DNA of 64,000 bases, taken from positions 27,262 to 91,261 of the forward strand of contig CAMYKY010000003.1 in the NCBI GenBank assembly GCA_947259165.1, read 5' to 3'. The position numbers were made by a program, and so were the translations under genes. The notes below the pieces were generated by a model, which saw only the letters and a program-made list of their open reading frames with translations, had not been told where the DNA came from and did not search any database. This document shows, piece by piece, positions 1 through 9,306 of the stretch (position 1 is its first letter; every line of letters starts with the position of its first letter). The stretch comes from an uncultured Acidobacteriota bacterium. GTDB lineage: Bacteria > Acidobacteriota > Vicinamibacteria > Marinacidobacterales > SMYC01.

Positions 1-45
1 CCTATAAGTGGGTCGTCGAGGGCCGAGGCAACCTGCGGGAATAGC

Positions 46-1362
46 TCAGACGCCCGCGGTTCGCCGCCACGGAGAACCGACAATCAGTAGAGCCCCGCCA
101 AGCACGAGCCCCACCGGAGGGATGCGAAGGCCCAGTGCGCCGTCGGCTCCGACGCCGCCCAACGCCAACAACGCAACGCCAGTACACACCCCAGCCGCGC
201 CCACGATCGCGCGCCAGGCGGGAACCGAAGCAGCCGCACCCTTTCTCGCCGTTTGTTCAAAGCGGCCGAAGATGGGGACCACCATCGCAAGACCCGTCAC
301 GTAGATCGCCATCCAAATGGGCCGGGTCGCCCACCAACTCCACGATCCGGGTCGAAGATGCAGACCGATGTCGCCCAAAAGGTGCGCCAAACCGATGACG
401 AGGATCATCACTGTGAGATGCCACAAGTAAAGCGTCATGATCGTCCCGTTGACGAGAACGGTCGCAGTCCACGGACCGAGATTCTGCATCCACGACCGCA
501 ACGGCTTCTCAAAAGCGAACACCAAGCCGCCCTGCAAAACACCGAGGGCGAACATCGCAAACGTCGGGGGTCGCGAATTGGACACCGCTTCGTCGGGAAC
601 GGTGATCATGCTGATGGGGTAGTCCGCTACCGAGACGAGAAAGACCAGCGTACCGAGCCCGCCGGCTACCCAAAGCCATGCGCGCTCGGCGCCACCGGTT
701 CTTCCCGCCCGCCACACGTAGCCGAGTTGGTGCACGCCGAGCCATATGAATGCATAGTTGAGCCAACGAAGAGCGGACAGGTCGGCACGGAAAGCGATGG
801 TATCGGTCATCAACGCACCGAACGCGAACATCCAAAACGACGCGGCACCGAACCGCCGAAACAGCCAATGCGTCGCCGGCGCGGTGATCACCACCATGAT
901 GTACACCGCGAGGAACCACGTTGGGATGAGCGCAGCCTGGGAGCCAATGCGGATCATCTCCGGGTGAACTCCGAGCTGAAGCGCAGCCACTGCGATGGCC
1001 GACCAGGTGGCCAGAAGCGGGACGAGTGGGCCGACCAACCGGCGTAGCCGCGTCCCGATCCAATCCGCATAGCCTTTACCGTCCCGGCGTGCGGCTTCCC
1101 ACGAGATACCGTTCGAATAACCGCCGACGATAAAAAAGATCGGCATGACCTGGAGCACCCAGGTCAGCCACTGCGTCCACGGCGCGAGGCTCAACATCTC
1201 GCCCAGCTGCAGCTGGCCGTCATCGGAAACGTATGCCGCCGCCACCCACCAATGGCCGAAGACAACCACGGTAATCGAAGCCGCCCGGAGGAAATCGACG
1301 TAGCGATTGCGCGTTTCCGGCGTCCGTTCGGCGAGAGACCTCGCTCGAGACCATACTGACAT
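46..1362 (-). CDS. Acyltransferase family 3 integral membrane protein
   Basis: Last 438 codons of ORF 46..1932, starting at ATG 1362 (MSVWSRARS). About 10 hydrophobic helices and acyltransferase_3-like N-terminus (VDFLRAASITVVVFGHWW, PIFFIVGGY). The upstream 190 codons overlap the + strand hydrolase gene and look like a shadow ORF. Confidence 0.75.
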   Translation of the reverse strand: MSVWSRARSLAERTPETRNRYVDFLRAASITVVVFGHWWVAAAYVSDDGQLQLGEMLSLAPWTQWLTWVLQVMPIFFIVGGYSNGISWEAARRDGKGYADWIGTRLRRLVGPLVPLLATWSAIAVAALQLGVHPEMIRIGSQAALIPTWFLAVYIMVVITAPATHWLFRRFGAASFWMFAFGALMTDTIAFRADLSALRWLNYAFIWLGVHQLGYVWRAGRTGGAERAWLWVAGGLGTLVFLVSVADYPISMITVPDEAVSNSRPPTFAMFALGVLQGGLVFAFEKPLRSWMQNLGPWTATVLVNGTIMTLYLWHLTVMILVIGLAHLLGDIGLHLRPGSWSWWATRPIWMAIYVTGLAMVVPIFGRFEQTARKGAAASVPAWRAIVGAAGVCTGVALLALGGVGADGALGLRIPPVGLVLGGALLIVGSPWRRTAGV

Positions 1363-1486
1363 TGAGCAACCGCCTTCCGCGGCCGAAACAAAGGGTTTCA
1401 ACAAGAATAGAGTACGCCCGCGCCCCACAGCAACCCTGCCAGGCCCAAATCGGATATGCTGCGTGGCGATTCGGGAGGAAAACGAC

Positions 1487-2491
1487 ATGAAGACTCCGAC
1501 CGTCGCCGCAATCATCATCCTTTGCACAACATTGGCGACCCAAGGCGCCGAGAAAGTCATCATCGACACCGATCCAGGAGTCGACGACGCCATCGCGGTG
1601 ATTTTTGCGTTCCACTCGAGCGAGCTCGAGATCCTCGGTTTCACAACGATTTTCGGAAACGTCGAGACCGAGCTGGCGACTCTCAACACCCTTCGCCTCG
1701 TCGAGATGAGCGGCAAGAACATCCCGGTCGCCGAAGGCGCCGTGAAGCCCGTGTATATGAAGAAACTTCCGCCTCCCGACTTCGTGCACGGCAAGGACGG
1801 CTTCGGCAACGTCAACCTCCCACCACCGAAAGGCGCTCCCATCGACCAGAGCGCTGCCGAGTTCATCGTCGACACGGTCAAAGCGCATCCCGGGGAAGTC
1901 ACCCTCGTTGTGCTCGGACCGATGACTAACATCGCTCTAGCACTAGCGCTCGAGCCTGACCTACCGAGCTACGTCAAAGCGGTCGTCCCCATGGGAGGTG
2001 TTCTCGAAGTGATGGGAAATGTCTCGCCGGTAGCGTCCGCGAACATCCTCGGCGATCCCCACGCGGCCGATATCGTTTTGGGAACTGACTGGAACGTGAC
2101 CCTGGTGCCCGGTGATACGACCCGCCAGGTTCGGATCACCGACGCATTCTTGGAAAGAATTCGACAGAGCGGCGGTCCCGACGGCCGCTTCCTTTACGAC
2201 ATCAGCCTCTTTTACCGCGACTATTACCGCACCGTCGGCGCGACCGACGGATTCTACGCGCACGATCCGACCGCGATGGCATTCGTCGTCGACCCCAGTC
2301 TTTTTCGAACTGAAGCAAGAGCAGTGCGCGTCGTCACCGACGGGATGGCCATCGGCGAAGTGATCGCCGCCGCCGAGCGTCACTACAGTCAACCGGGCCC
2401 CTGGTACGACCTACCCAAAGCCAACGTCACCATGGAAGTCGATGGCCAGGGAGTTCTCGATCTCCTCGAAAAGACGATCGTCTCGCGCTAG
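1487..2491 (+). CDS. Inosine-uridine preferring nucleoside hydrolase family protein, secreted
   Basis: ATG 1487 preceded by GGGAGG. Signal peptide MKTPTVAAIIILCTTLATQGA. Diagnostic N-terminal aspartate cluster IIDTDPGVDDAIA. Confidence 0.85.
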   Translation: MKTPTVAAIIILCTTLATQGAEKVIIDTDPGVDDAIAVIFAFHSSELEILGFTTIFGNVETELATLNTLRLVEMSGKNIPVAEGAVKPVYMKKLPPPDFVHGKDGFGNVNLPPPKGAPIDQSAAEFIVDTVKAHPGEVTLVVLGPMTNIALALALEPDLPSYVKAVVPMGGVLEVMGNVSPVASANILGDPHAADIVLGTDWNVTLVPGDTTRQVRITDAFLERIRQSGGPDGRFLYDISLFYRDYYRTVGATDGFYAHDPTAMAFVVDPSLFRTEARAVRVVTDGMAIGEVIAAAERHYSQPGPWYDLPKANVTMEVDGQGVLDLLEKTIVSR

Positions 2492-2565
2492 AGGTTTCGA
2501 GATCTCAGCCTACCTTCACACCGTACGCTTCGGATCGCGTAGAATTCTGCGGGGAGAATGAGGTC

Positions 2566-4176
2566 ATGAAGAACTTAGTAATAATGAAGCTACGAACTGC
2601 CGGCGGCGCGCTCGGACTTCTTGCGCTCTCCGCGTCGGCATCGGCCACACAGTCGCCGGACGCCCAACTCGAAGCGTTGAAGCGCGAAGCGGTCGCGGAA
2701 GTCGAGAGCATGCGGAAGTTCACCCAGGTCGCGGTCGACCAGATCTTCAGCTACGGCGAGCTCGGCTTTCAAGAGTTCGAGACGTCGAACTACTTGACTG
2801 GACTTCTCGCGGAGAATGGCTTCGATGTGGAAATGGGAATGGCGGGCATGCCCACCGCGTGGATGGCGCGATGGGGTTCGGGAGAGCCCGTCATCGCGTT
2901 CGGGAGCGATATCGACGGCATTCCCAAGTCGTCTCAAAAACCGGGCGTCGCCTACCACGACCCACTGATCGAGGGTGCTCCGGGGCATGGGGAAGGGCAC
3001 AACTCAGGCCAGGCGGTCAATGTCACGGCAGCCATCGTTCTGAAGAAGATCATGGAGCGGGAGGGAATTCCGGGAACACTCGTCCTCTGGCCCGGAGTTG
3101 CGGAAGAGCAACTCGGATCGAAAGCCTGGTTCGTGCGGGACGGCTACTTCAAAAATGTCGACGCATGTCTGTTTACGCACGTCAGCCGCAACTTGACGAC
3201 GAGCTGGGGCCAACGAAGCGGCAACGGTCTCGTGTCGGTCGAATACACCTTCCGCGGCGAGTCGTCCCATTCCGCGGGCGCGCCGTGGAGCGGCCGGAGC
3301 GCCCTCGACGCGGTCGAGCTCATGAACGCTGCCATGAACGCGCGCAGAGAGCACTTGCGGCTTTCGCAGCGAACCCACTACGTCATTACCAACGGTGGTG
3401 ACCAGCCGAACGTCGTGCCGTCGGTCGCATCCGTTTGGTACTACTTCAGAGAGCTCGATCAGCCCAACATCCAACGCCTATTCGAGATCGGCAATCAGTC
3501 TGCCAAGGCGGCGGCGATGATGACGGACACGGAAGTCGATTGGCGCATCCTCGGTACCGCCTACCCGGGGCACTTCAATAAAGCGATCGCGGAAGCGATG
3601 TACGAGAATATTGAAGCGGTGGGGCTTCCGGAGTGGAGCGAAGCCGATCAGACCCTGGCGAAAGCGCTTCAAAAAGAGATGGGCGTCGAGCCCAACGGGC
3701 TCGCTACGGAGTTGGATGAGCTCTCTGGGCCAGCCGAGGAGCCTCGCACTGGCGGCGGCTCGGATGATATCGGGGATATCTCCTGGACCGTGCCCACAGT
3801 AACGCTGCGGTTCCCATCGAACTTCCGGACCGGCGGGGGAGGCCATCACTGGTCGAGCGCGGTGGCCATGGCAACACCAATCGCCCACAAGGGTGCGACC
3901 GCCGGCGCCAAGGTCATGGCGATGACGGCGCTCGACTTGTACCTGAACCCCACTGTTCTCGAGCAAGCGCGGGCCTACTTCCGAGACGTCCAAACCACGG
4001 AACACGAGTACACCCCGTTCATCTCCGAAGACGACCCGCCGGCGATCCACCTCAACGAGGAGATTATGGCGAAGTATCGCGACGAGATGAAGGCGTACTA
4101 CTTCGATCCTGAAAAATACGACACGTACCTGGAACAGCTCGGCATCGACTATCCGACCGTTCGTGAAGAGAAATAA
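2566..4176 (+). CDS. M20-family amidohydrolase/peptidase (AbgB-like), secreted
   Basis: 536-aa ORF with signal peptide (LLALSASASA). M20 metal-ligand-type blocks (FGSDIDGIP, APGHGEGHNSG) and a dimerisation-domain-sized insert. Confidence 0.72.
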   Translation: MKNLVIMKLRTAGGALGLLALSASASATQSPDAQLEALKREAVAEVESMRKFTQVAVDQIFSYGELGFQEFETSNYLTGLLAENGFDVEMGMAGMPTAWMARWGSGEPVIAFGSDIDGIPKSSQKPGVAYHDPLIEGAPGHGEGHNSGQAVNVTAAIVLKKIMEREGIPGTLVLWPGVAEEQLGSKAWFVRDGYFKNVDACLFTHVSRNLTTSWGQRSGNGLVSVEYTFRGESSHSAGAPWSGRSALDAVELMNAAMNARREHLRLSQRTHYVITNGGDQPNVVPSVASVWYYFRELDQPNIQRLFEIGNQSAKAAAMMTDTEVDWRILGTAYPGHFNKAIAEAMYENIEAVGLPEWSEADQTLAKALQKEMGVEPNGLATELDELSGPAEEPRTGGGSDDIGDISWTVPTVTLRFPSNFRTGGGGHHWSSAVAMATPIAHKGATAGAKVMAMTALDLYLNPTVLEQARAYFRDVQTTEHEYTPFISEDDPPAIHLNEEIMAKYRDEMKAYYFDPEKYDTYLEQLGIDYPTVREEK

Positions 4177-4441
4177 TGGCGGGTCCTTCGGTCTGGTTGC
4201 GTAGTATCAGATGGAGGAGATTGATGATGTCAGTATCGCTTCCCAAAGCACCGACCGTGAATTGCCGGCGCTCTGCTGGAAGCAGAGCTCGAGGCAGCAG
4301 TCAGCTCGATCGGGTTCGAGGGATTCGAGATCACTTGGCGCGACGAAGTTTTCCGCGACCCACCGCAACAATCGAGTGCCGCGAGCTTCGGTACCGTCGG
4401 CATCAATTTTTGAGCGCGGAAGCCTTCATAGGTCTTCATCA

Positions 4442-5137
4442 ATGAAGACCATTGGACTCATCGGCGGCATGAGCTGGGAAAGCACCGCCCTTTACTACCG
4501 TCTCCTCAATGAAGGTATCAAAAAAAAGCTTGGCAAACTCCACTCAGCAAAAATCGCCCTGGTGAGCGTGGACTTCCAGGAAGTCGAGGTGCTGCAGCAC
4601 CGCGGGGAGTGGGAACAGGCAGGTGCGCTCCTCGCGGACGCGGCCCAGGGTGTCGAGGCTGCCGGCGCGGATTTCGTACTCATCTGCACCAACACGATGC
4701 ACAAGGTGGCGTCTCGAGTGCAAGAAGCCGTCACAATCCCCCTGCTGCACCTCGCGGACGCTACCGCGAAGCGCATCCAGTCGAACGGGTACGAAACAAT
4801 CGGCCTACTCGGCACGCGCTTCACCATGGAGGAGGATTTCTACCGAGGGCGCCTGACCAGCCAGCACGGGCTCGAGGTGATCGTGCCGGCAGCCGGCGAC
4901 CGAGAGCTCGTCCACCGGGTCATCTATGACGAGCTCTGCCAAGGAAAGACCGACGACGGCTCACGACGCGAGTACTTGAGAATCATCGAACAAATGCATG
5001 CCGAAGGAGCCCAAGGCGTTATCGAAGGTTGTACCGAAATCGGGATGCTCGTTCAGCAGGAGCACACGAGCGTGCCGCTGTTCGACACAACGACGATCCA
5101 CGTCGAGGAAGCGGTCGAGCTCGCACTCATGGACTGA
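4442..5137 (+). CDS. Aspartate/glutamate racemase family protein
   Basis: ATG 4442 (MKTIGLIGGMSWEST). Two catalytic-cysteine blocks typical of Asp racemases (LICTNTMH and IEGCTEIGML). The longer ORF from 4211 has no protein-like N-terminus. Confidence 0.8.
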   Translation: MKTIGLIGGMSWESTALYYRLLNEGIKKKLGKLHSAKIALVSVDFQEVEVLQHRGEWEQAGALLADAAQGVEAAGADFVLICTNTMHKVASRVQEAVTIPLLHLADATAKRIQSNGYETIGLLGTRFTMEEDFYRGRLTSQHGLEVIVPAAGDRELVHRVIYDELCQGKTDDGSRREYLRIIEQMHAEGAQGVIEGCTEIGMLVQQEHTSVPLFDTTTIHVEEAVELALMD

Positions 5138-5152
5138 ATCCGGAGCGGTCGC

Positions 5153-6304
5153 TCAGGCGATACGGTCGAGGGCGTCGCTCAAGTCGGTCCTGATCTCCTC
5201 GACATCTTCCAATCCGACGCTGAGCCGAATGATCGTGCGGTCACGGAGGCGGAACGGGTGCACACGGTCGGTGACCTTTTCCACCTTGATCAAACTCTGA
5301 AATCCGCCCCAGCTCAGGCCGATGGCAAACACCTGCATCGGATCGACGAACTCCGATATCTGAGCGCGGTCGAGATCCTGCTCGAGAATGAACGCGAAGA
5401 CTCCTGACGCACCGGTCATGTCCCGTCGCCAGATGTCGTGCTCTGGGTGGCTCGCCAGCGCGGGATGGATCACGGTGGCGACAGCAGGGTGGGCCTCTAG
5501 CCACGTCGCGATTTCGCGCGCGGAGCGTTGGTGCGCATCGAGACGCACTCCAAGCGTTCGCAATCCCTTGAGCGCCGAGTAGCAACTTTCGGGCGAAGCA
5601 AAATGCTCCGTCGATTCGTAGAAAGTATGGAGCTCGTCGAAGCGTTCTTCGTTGACCGTGATCACGCCGAGCAACGTGTCGGAGTGCCCCGCGATGTATT
5701 TGCTTCCAGAGTGGATCGAGACGTCGACACCATGCTCGAAGGGCTTGAAGAACAACGGCGTTGCCCACGTGTTATCGACAACCGTCACAATACTCTTGGC
5801 TCGCGCAACCTCGACGACTGCCGGAATATCTTGCAATTCGAACGTATTCGAGCCTGGGGACTCGAGATAGATGAGCTTCGTGTTCGATTTGATGAACTCC
5901 GCGACGTCGGCGCCGATGTTCGGGGGCAGGTAATCGACCTCGACTCGATACTTCCTCAGCACACGGTCACAAAAATCGCGCGTCGGGCCATACACGTTGT
6001 CGCTTACCAGGATATGGTCGTCACTCTTTGTGAACGCCATCAAAATCGTCGCGATGGCATCGAAGCCCGAGTGACAGGCGCGGCACGCGTAGCCGCCTTC
6101 GAGCTCCGCCAACGCGCGTTCGAGCTCGAGTTGCACAGGCGAGCCGAAGGTCCCGTAGAGCTTTCCGTGGTACGGTTTTTGATCCGCTTCGACGAACGCC
6201 TCGTAGCTCTGGTACAAGACCGTCGACGCTCGATGCAACGGAGGATTGATCGTTCGGAAAGGATCGAGGTGATCGAACGCGTCTTTATCCTTGCGCTCTA
6301 CCAT
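5153..6304 (-). CDS. metC: Cystathionine beta-lyase-like Cys/Met-metabolism PLP enzyme
   Basis: 383 aa. N-terminus and overall pattern of the trans-sulfuration family. PLP-lysine context HSGSKYIAGHSD. Confidence 0.72.
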   Translation of the reverse strand: MVERKDKDAFDHLDPFRTINPPLHRASTVLYQSYEAFVEADQKPYHGKLYGTFGSPVQLELERALAELEGGYACRACHSGFDAIATILMAFTKSDDHILVSDNVYGPTRDFCDRVLRKYRVEVDYLPPNIGADVAEFIKSNTKLIYLESPGSNTFELQDIPAVVEVARAKSIVTVVDNTWATPLFFKPFEHGVDVSIHSGSKYIAGHSDTLLGVITVNEERFDELHTFYESTEHFASPESCYSALKGLRTLGVRLDAHQRSAREIATWLEAHPAVATVIHPALASHPEHDIWRRDMTGASGVFAFILEQDLDRAQISEFVDPMQVFAIGLSWGGFQSLIKVEKVTDRVHPFRLRDRTIIRLSVGLEDVEEIRTDLSDALDRIA

Positions 6305-6376
6305 TCCGCTCGCCGCGGTAATCCTGCACGAAGACGAGCTCGATCTTCAAGCTGACCCGTCGTCGAGAACACCGCT

Positions 6377-6904
6377 CTAGGTGCGATAGTAGCCTTCTAT
6401 CGTCAGCTGCTTGAGTTGGGTGAAAAAGGCGTAACCCTTCGGCTCGTGAGCCCGGCTCGTGTCCGAGATTTCAGCGAGCAATTGGTGCTGCTGGTCACGA
6501 TCGAGCTCGGTGAACGTGAGGTTTTGCCGCATCGAGCGAGAGACATACTCCTCGAGCCAAGTGAGCCCTTCGTTGAAGCTGGTCTGGACAGAGGGTTCCG
6601 CTCGACACAGAGCGAAATCGATGTACTCGTGCACGGACGCATCACGAGCGCCGGGGGCCCGCGTTCGCGGGATGATGCAATCGGACAGGCTCGCCACCAG
6701 CTCCACGTCCTTGGGGTCGAGAAACCGCGGTTTCCACGACGAACCCGCTGCGACTCGAACGATGGGGTGGTGCGACAGCGCCGGGTGAAACAGCGGTAGC
6801 GCGGACGCGGCCCCAAGGAAGCGCAACGCTTCTCGGCGGCTCAAACCAGAGCCCAGTCGGTGTGTTTCGGACGGCATGTTTCGCCTCCTTGGCTGCGACG
6901 GCAC
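6377..6904 (-). CDS. Gluconate 2-dehydrogenase subunit 3 family protein (TAT-exported)
   Basis: Twin-arginine leader SRREALRFLGAASALPL. Size (175 aa) and C-terminal FFTQLKQLTIEGYY motif typical of this family. Confidence 0.62.
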   Translation of the reverse strand: MPSQPRRRNMPSETHRLGSGLSRREALRFLGAASALPLFHPALSHHPIVRVAAGSSWKPRFLDPKDVELVASLSDCIIPRTRAPGARDASVHEYIDFALCRAEPSVQTSFNEGLTWLEEYVSRSMRQNLTFTELDRDQQHQLLAEISDTSRAHEPKGYAFFTQLKQLTIEGYYRT

Positions 6905-6940
6905 CTGTTTGGAACGCGCACAGTCTAGCGCAAGTTCGCG

Positions 6941-7846
6941 CTAGGTTCGATCGCAAGCCCGATAGGCGTCGATGACAGCGCGCTCGCCCGCCTTTCCCGG
7001 CAGCGAATTACCGTGTTCCATGCCGACGATACCTCGATAGGCCTTGGCCTTCAGGTGCCGGAACACGTTGCCATAATGGATCTCGCCAGTCGTCGGTTCT
7101 TTGCGGCCGGGATTGTCGCCCACCTGGATATAGGCGATCTCATCCCATGCTTTGTCCAGGTTCGGTATCAAGTTCCCTTCCGTGATCTGCTGATGGTAGA
7201 GATCGTCGAGGATCTTGCAGGATGGACTCCCAACCGCCCGACAGATTTGAAAGGCTTGGGGAACTCCGGTCAAGAAAACGCCCGCATGGTCAGTCCAATG
7301 ATTGAGCGGCTCGAGCACCATCGTGAGCTCGGTGGGTTCGCAGACCTCACAGGCTCGTTTGAGGTTGTCGACGACGGTCGCGGTCTGGTACTCCCACGGT
7401 ACCCCGGGATCATACTGTCCGGGCACGACGGTACACCAGCGGGCGTCAACTCGTTTCGCAACGTCGACCGCCCGCTTCACGTCCGCAAGAATTCGAGCTC
7501 GCGTCTCGGGAGCATCCGCGGCGAATGAAGGGTCGCTCCAATCGGCATGCGCGACAAAAACCCCCATTCGCATGCCGAGCCGCGCGAGCTCGCGACCGAT
7601 ACGCTCTTGAGTCGCAACGTCACGCCCAGGAAGGTCGTTATCTTCCAAGGATCGAAACCCCTCATCGTGCATGAACCGAAGCTGGTCGACGAGGTCGTCG
7701 CCCGCGTGATGACGAAACATCCCGAAATGAGGCGCGTAGTCTAGGCCAAACCTCACGGGGGCCTGCGCCCAAGCCGAGACCGGTCGCGTTGATACCGCCG
7801 CTACCAAAGCGCTGAGACCCGTTCCGAGAAAAGCTCGTCGTTGCAT
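6941..7846 (-). CDS. Sugar phosphate isomerase/epimerase (xylose-isomerase-like TIM barrel), TAT-exported
   Basis: TAT leader MQRRAFLGTGLSALVAAVS. AP-endonuclease-2/hydroxypyruvate-isomerase-like TIM-barrel pattern (LEPLN, GHIQVGD-type block YIQVGDNPGRKEP). Confidence 0.7.
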   Translation of the reverse strand: MQRRAFLGTGLSALVAAVSTRPVSAWAQAPVRFGLDYAPHFGMFRHHAGDDLVDQLRFMHDEGFRSLEDNDLPGRDVATQERIGRELARLGMRMGVFVAHADWSDPSFAADAPETRARILADVKRAVDVAKRVDARWCTVVPGQYDPGVPWEYQTATVVDNLKRACEVCEPTELTMVLEPLNHWTDHAGVFLTGVPQAFQICRAVGSPSCKILDDLYHQQITEGNLIPNLDKAWDEIAYIQVGDNPGRKEPTTGEIHYGNVFRHLKAKAYRGIVGMEHGNSLPGKAGERAVIDAYRACDRT

Positions 7847-8012
7847 GGTGCATTGGTATCAACGTTGCTCGCATACGTCAACGCTGGTCCAGTCGCCACT
7901 ATTCGTGCCCGGGCACGCACGCGGACACGGGCACGACTTGCACTTCGGAGCTCTCGTCAGCAGCGTCATTATATGTATGATACATATTCCAATCACGGAT
8001 TTCGTGAACGCC

Positions 8013-8501
8013 ATGCCGCGCAAGAAGTCGTCGTCCAAACAAACACCAACTCGATACCGGGCATCCGACTACCCCACGACGCTCATCCGGGCGATCCACG
8101 CGAAAAGCTACGCGAATTTGAGCTTCTCGCTCTCGCGACACGATCTCGCGCCAGTGGATTGGCGAATCCTGTCGACGCTGCAAGAAGAGGAAGGCCACAA
8201 CATCGCCTACCTCGCAGAGCAGACGGCGACGGAACGGTCCAACTTGACCCGCGCGGTCGACAACCTCGAGGAGCGCGGCCTCGTGAGCCGACGCCGTGAG
8301 CTTCGAGACCGCCGTCATGTGCAGCTGTATCTGACCGCGGCCGGCCGGCGCAAGTTCGAGGAGGTTCTCCCCGCCGTCTTGTGGAACATCGATCGGGTGG
8401 TCTCAGGCTTTTCCGCCGACGAGGTCGAGACGCTGATGGATTTCCTCGATCGGATGAGAGATAACGTGCACCGCGGGGGAGGCGCTTCCAATGTCGCGTG
8501 A
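8013..8501 (+). CDS. MarR family transcriptional regulator
   Basis: ATG 8013. Winged-helix block WRILSTLQEEEGHNIAYLAEQTATERSNLTRAVDNLEERGLVSRRRELRDRRHVQLYLTAAG. Confidence 0.82.
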   Translation: MPRKKSSSKQTPTRYRASDYPTTLIRAIHAKSYANLSFSLSRHDLAPVDWRILSTLQEEEGHNIAYLAEQTATERSNLTRAVDNLEERGLVSRRRELRDRRHVQLYLTAAGRRKFEEVLPAVLWNIDRVVSGFSADEVETLMDFLDRMRDNVHRGGGASNVA

Positions 8502-9306
8502 GGTCGAAACGATGAGCTCGTCCGCTTGCGCCGCGCTTTGTGGCGGCGTTGTCGACTACGCCGGAGTTTTCCCGCCGGCCCAGCTTGATCTCGCCGACGC
8601 GGTCGAACGCTACGCCCGCTACCGGAGCGGAACCGATGCGTGGATGCTCAACCGTTTCATCATTTCGGCGCGGGATCTCTCGGCTTTCGAGGTCGAGGCA
8701 TCACGCCATGAGGCTGACTGGCGTTGGCCGCTCAGCGTCGTGTGCGGCCGAGCGGAGGATGCCGAGCGCGCAGGCGCATGGCGATCCGAGCTGGCCACCG
8801 TCGAAAGCCTGGAAGCCAAAGCGTCCACGCCGCTTCCTGAGCTCGATTGCGAGGTTTTTGTCGAACACCCACTTCGAGTTTCGCGCGAAGAGCTCGAGCT
8901 GCTCGGGAAACGCAACGCGATGCTGAAGATCCGACTCGGAGGCGAGTCGACGCCGACATCGTCCGCGGTGGCGCGAATTCTGTTCCTCTGTGCGGAGCTT
9001 GGCATCCCACTGAAGGCAACTGCCGGGCTCCATCAGGCGCTACGCTCGGAATCTCACGGTTTTTTGAACCTGCTTCTCGCCGCGACGCTCGCGCGACGAG
9101 GCGGCCAGCTCGACACGATCCGCGCACTTGTCGATGAGACCGACGCGACCGCCTTGGGTTTCGACGCAGATTGCGTCACCTGGCGAGGACATCGTTTCGA
9201 CGTCGACGCGATCGCGGACGCGCGACATCTCCTGCGATCCTTCGGCTCCTGTTCATTCGACGAGCCACTCGAGAGCCTCGCAGCTCTGGGGTTCCGATCG
9301 AGATGA
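8491..9306 (+). CDS. Hypothetical protein (no family recognised)
   Basis: 271-aa ORF. Start overlaps the marR 3' end by 11 nt and its stop overlaps the P450 start (ATGA at 9303-9306), so it is translationally coupled on both sides. Composition is protein-like. Confidence 0.6.
   Translation: MSREVETMSSSACAALCGGVVDYAGVFPPAQLDLADAVERYARYRSGTDAWMLNRFIISARDLSAFEVEASRHEADWRWPLSVVCGRAEDAERAGAWRSELATVESLEAKASTPLPELDCEVFVEHPLRVSREELELLGKRNAMLKIRLGGESTPTSSAVARILFLCAELGIPLKATAGLHQALRSESHGFLNLLLAATLARRGGQLDTIRALVDETDATALGFDADCVTWRGHRFDVDAIADARHLLRSFGSCSFDEPLESLAALGFRSR

Noticed and set aside
46-1932. 628-aa version of the acyltransferase ORF
   Set aside because: The first 190 codons overlap the well-supported nucleoside hydrolase gene on the other strand and have no membrane-protein character. 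ATG 1362 gives a normal family-3 acyltransferase.
4177-4441. 265-nt untranslated gap upstream of the racemase gene as a possible riboswitch
   Set aside because: I could not match it to any riboswitch consensus I know (SAM, TPP, glycine, cobalamin, c-di-GMP, ZTP, guanidine, fluoride). I also saw no convincing terminator or anti-terminator pair. A covariance-model scan (Rfam/Infernal) is needed before any claim.
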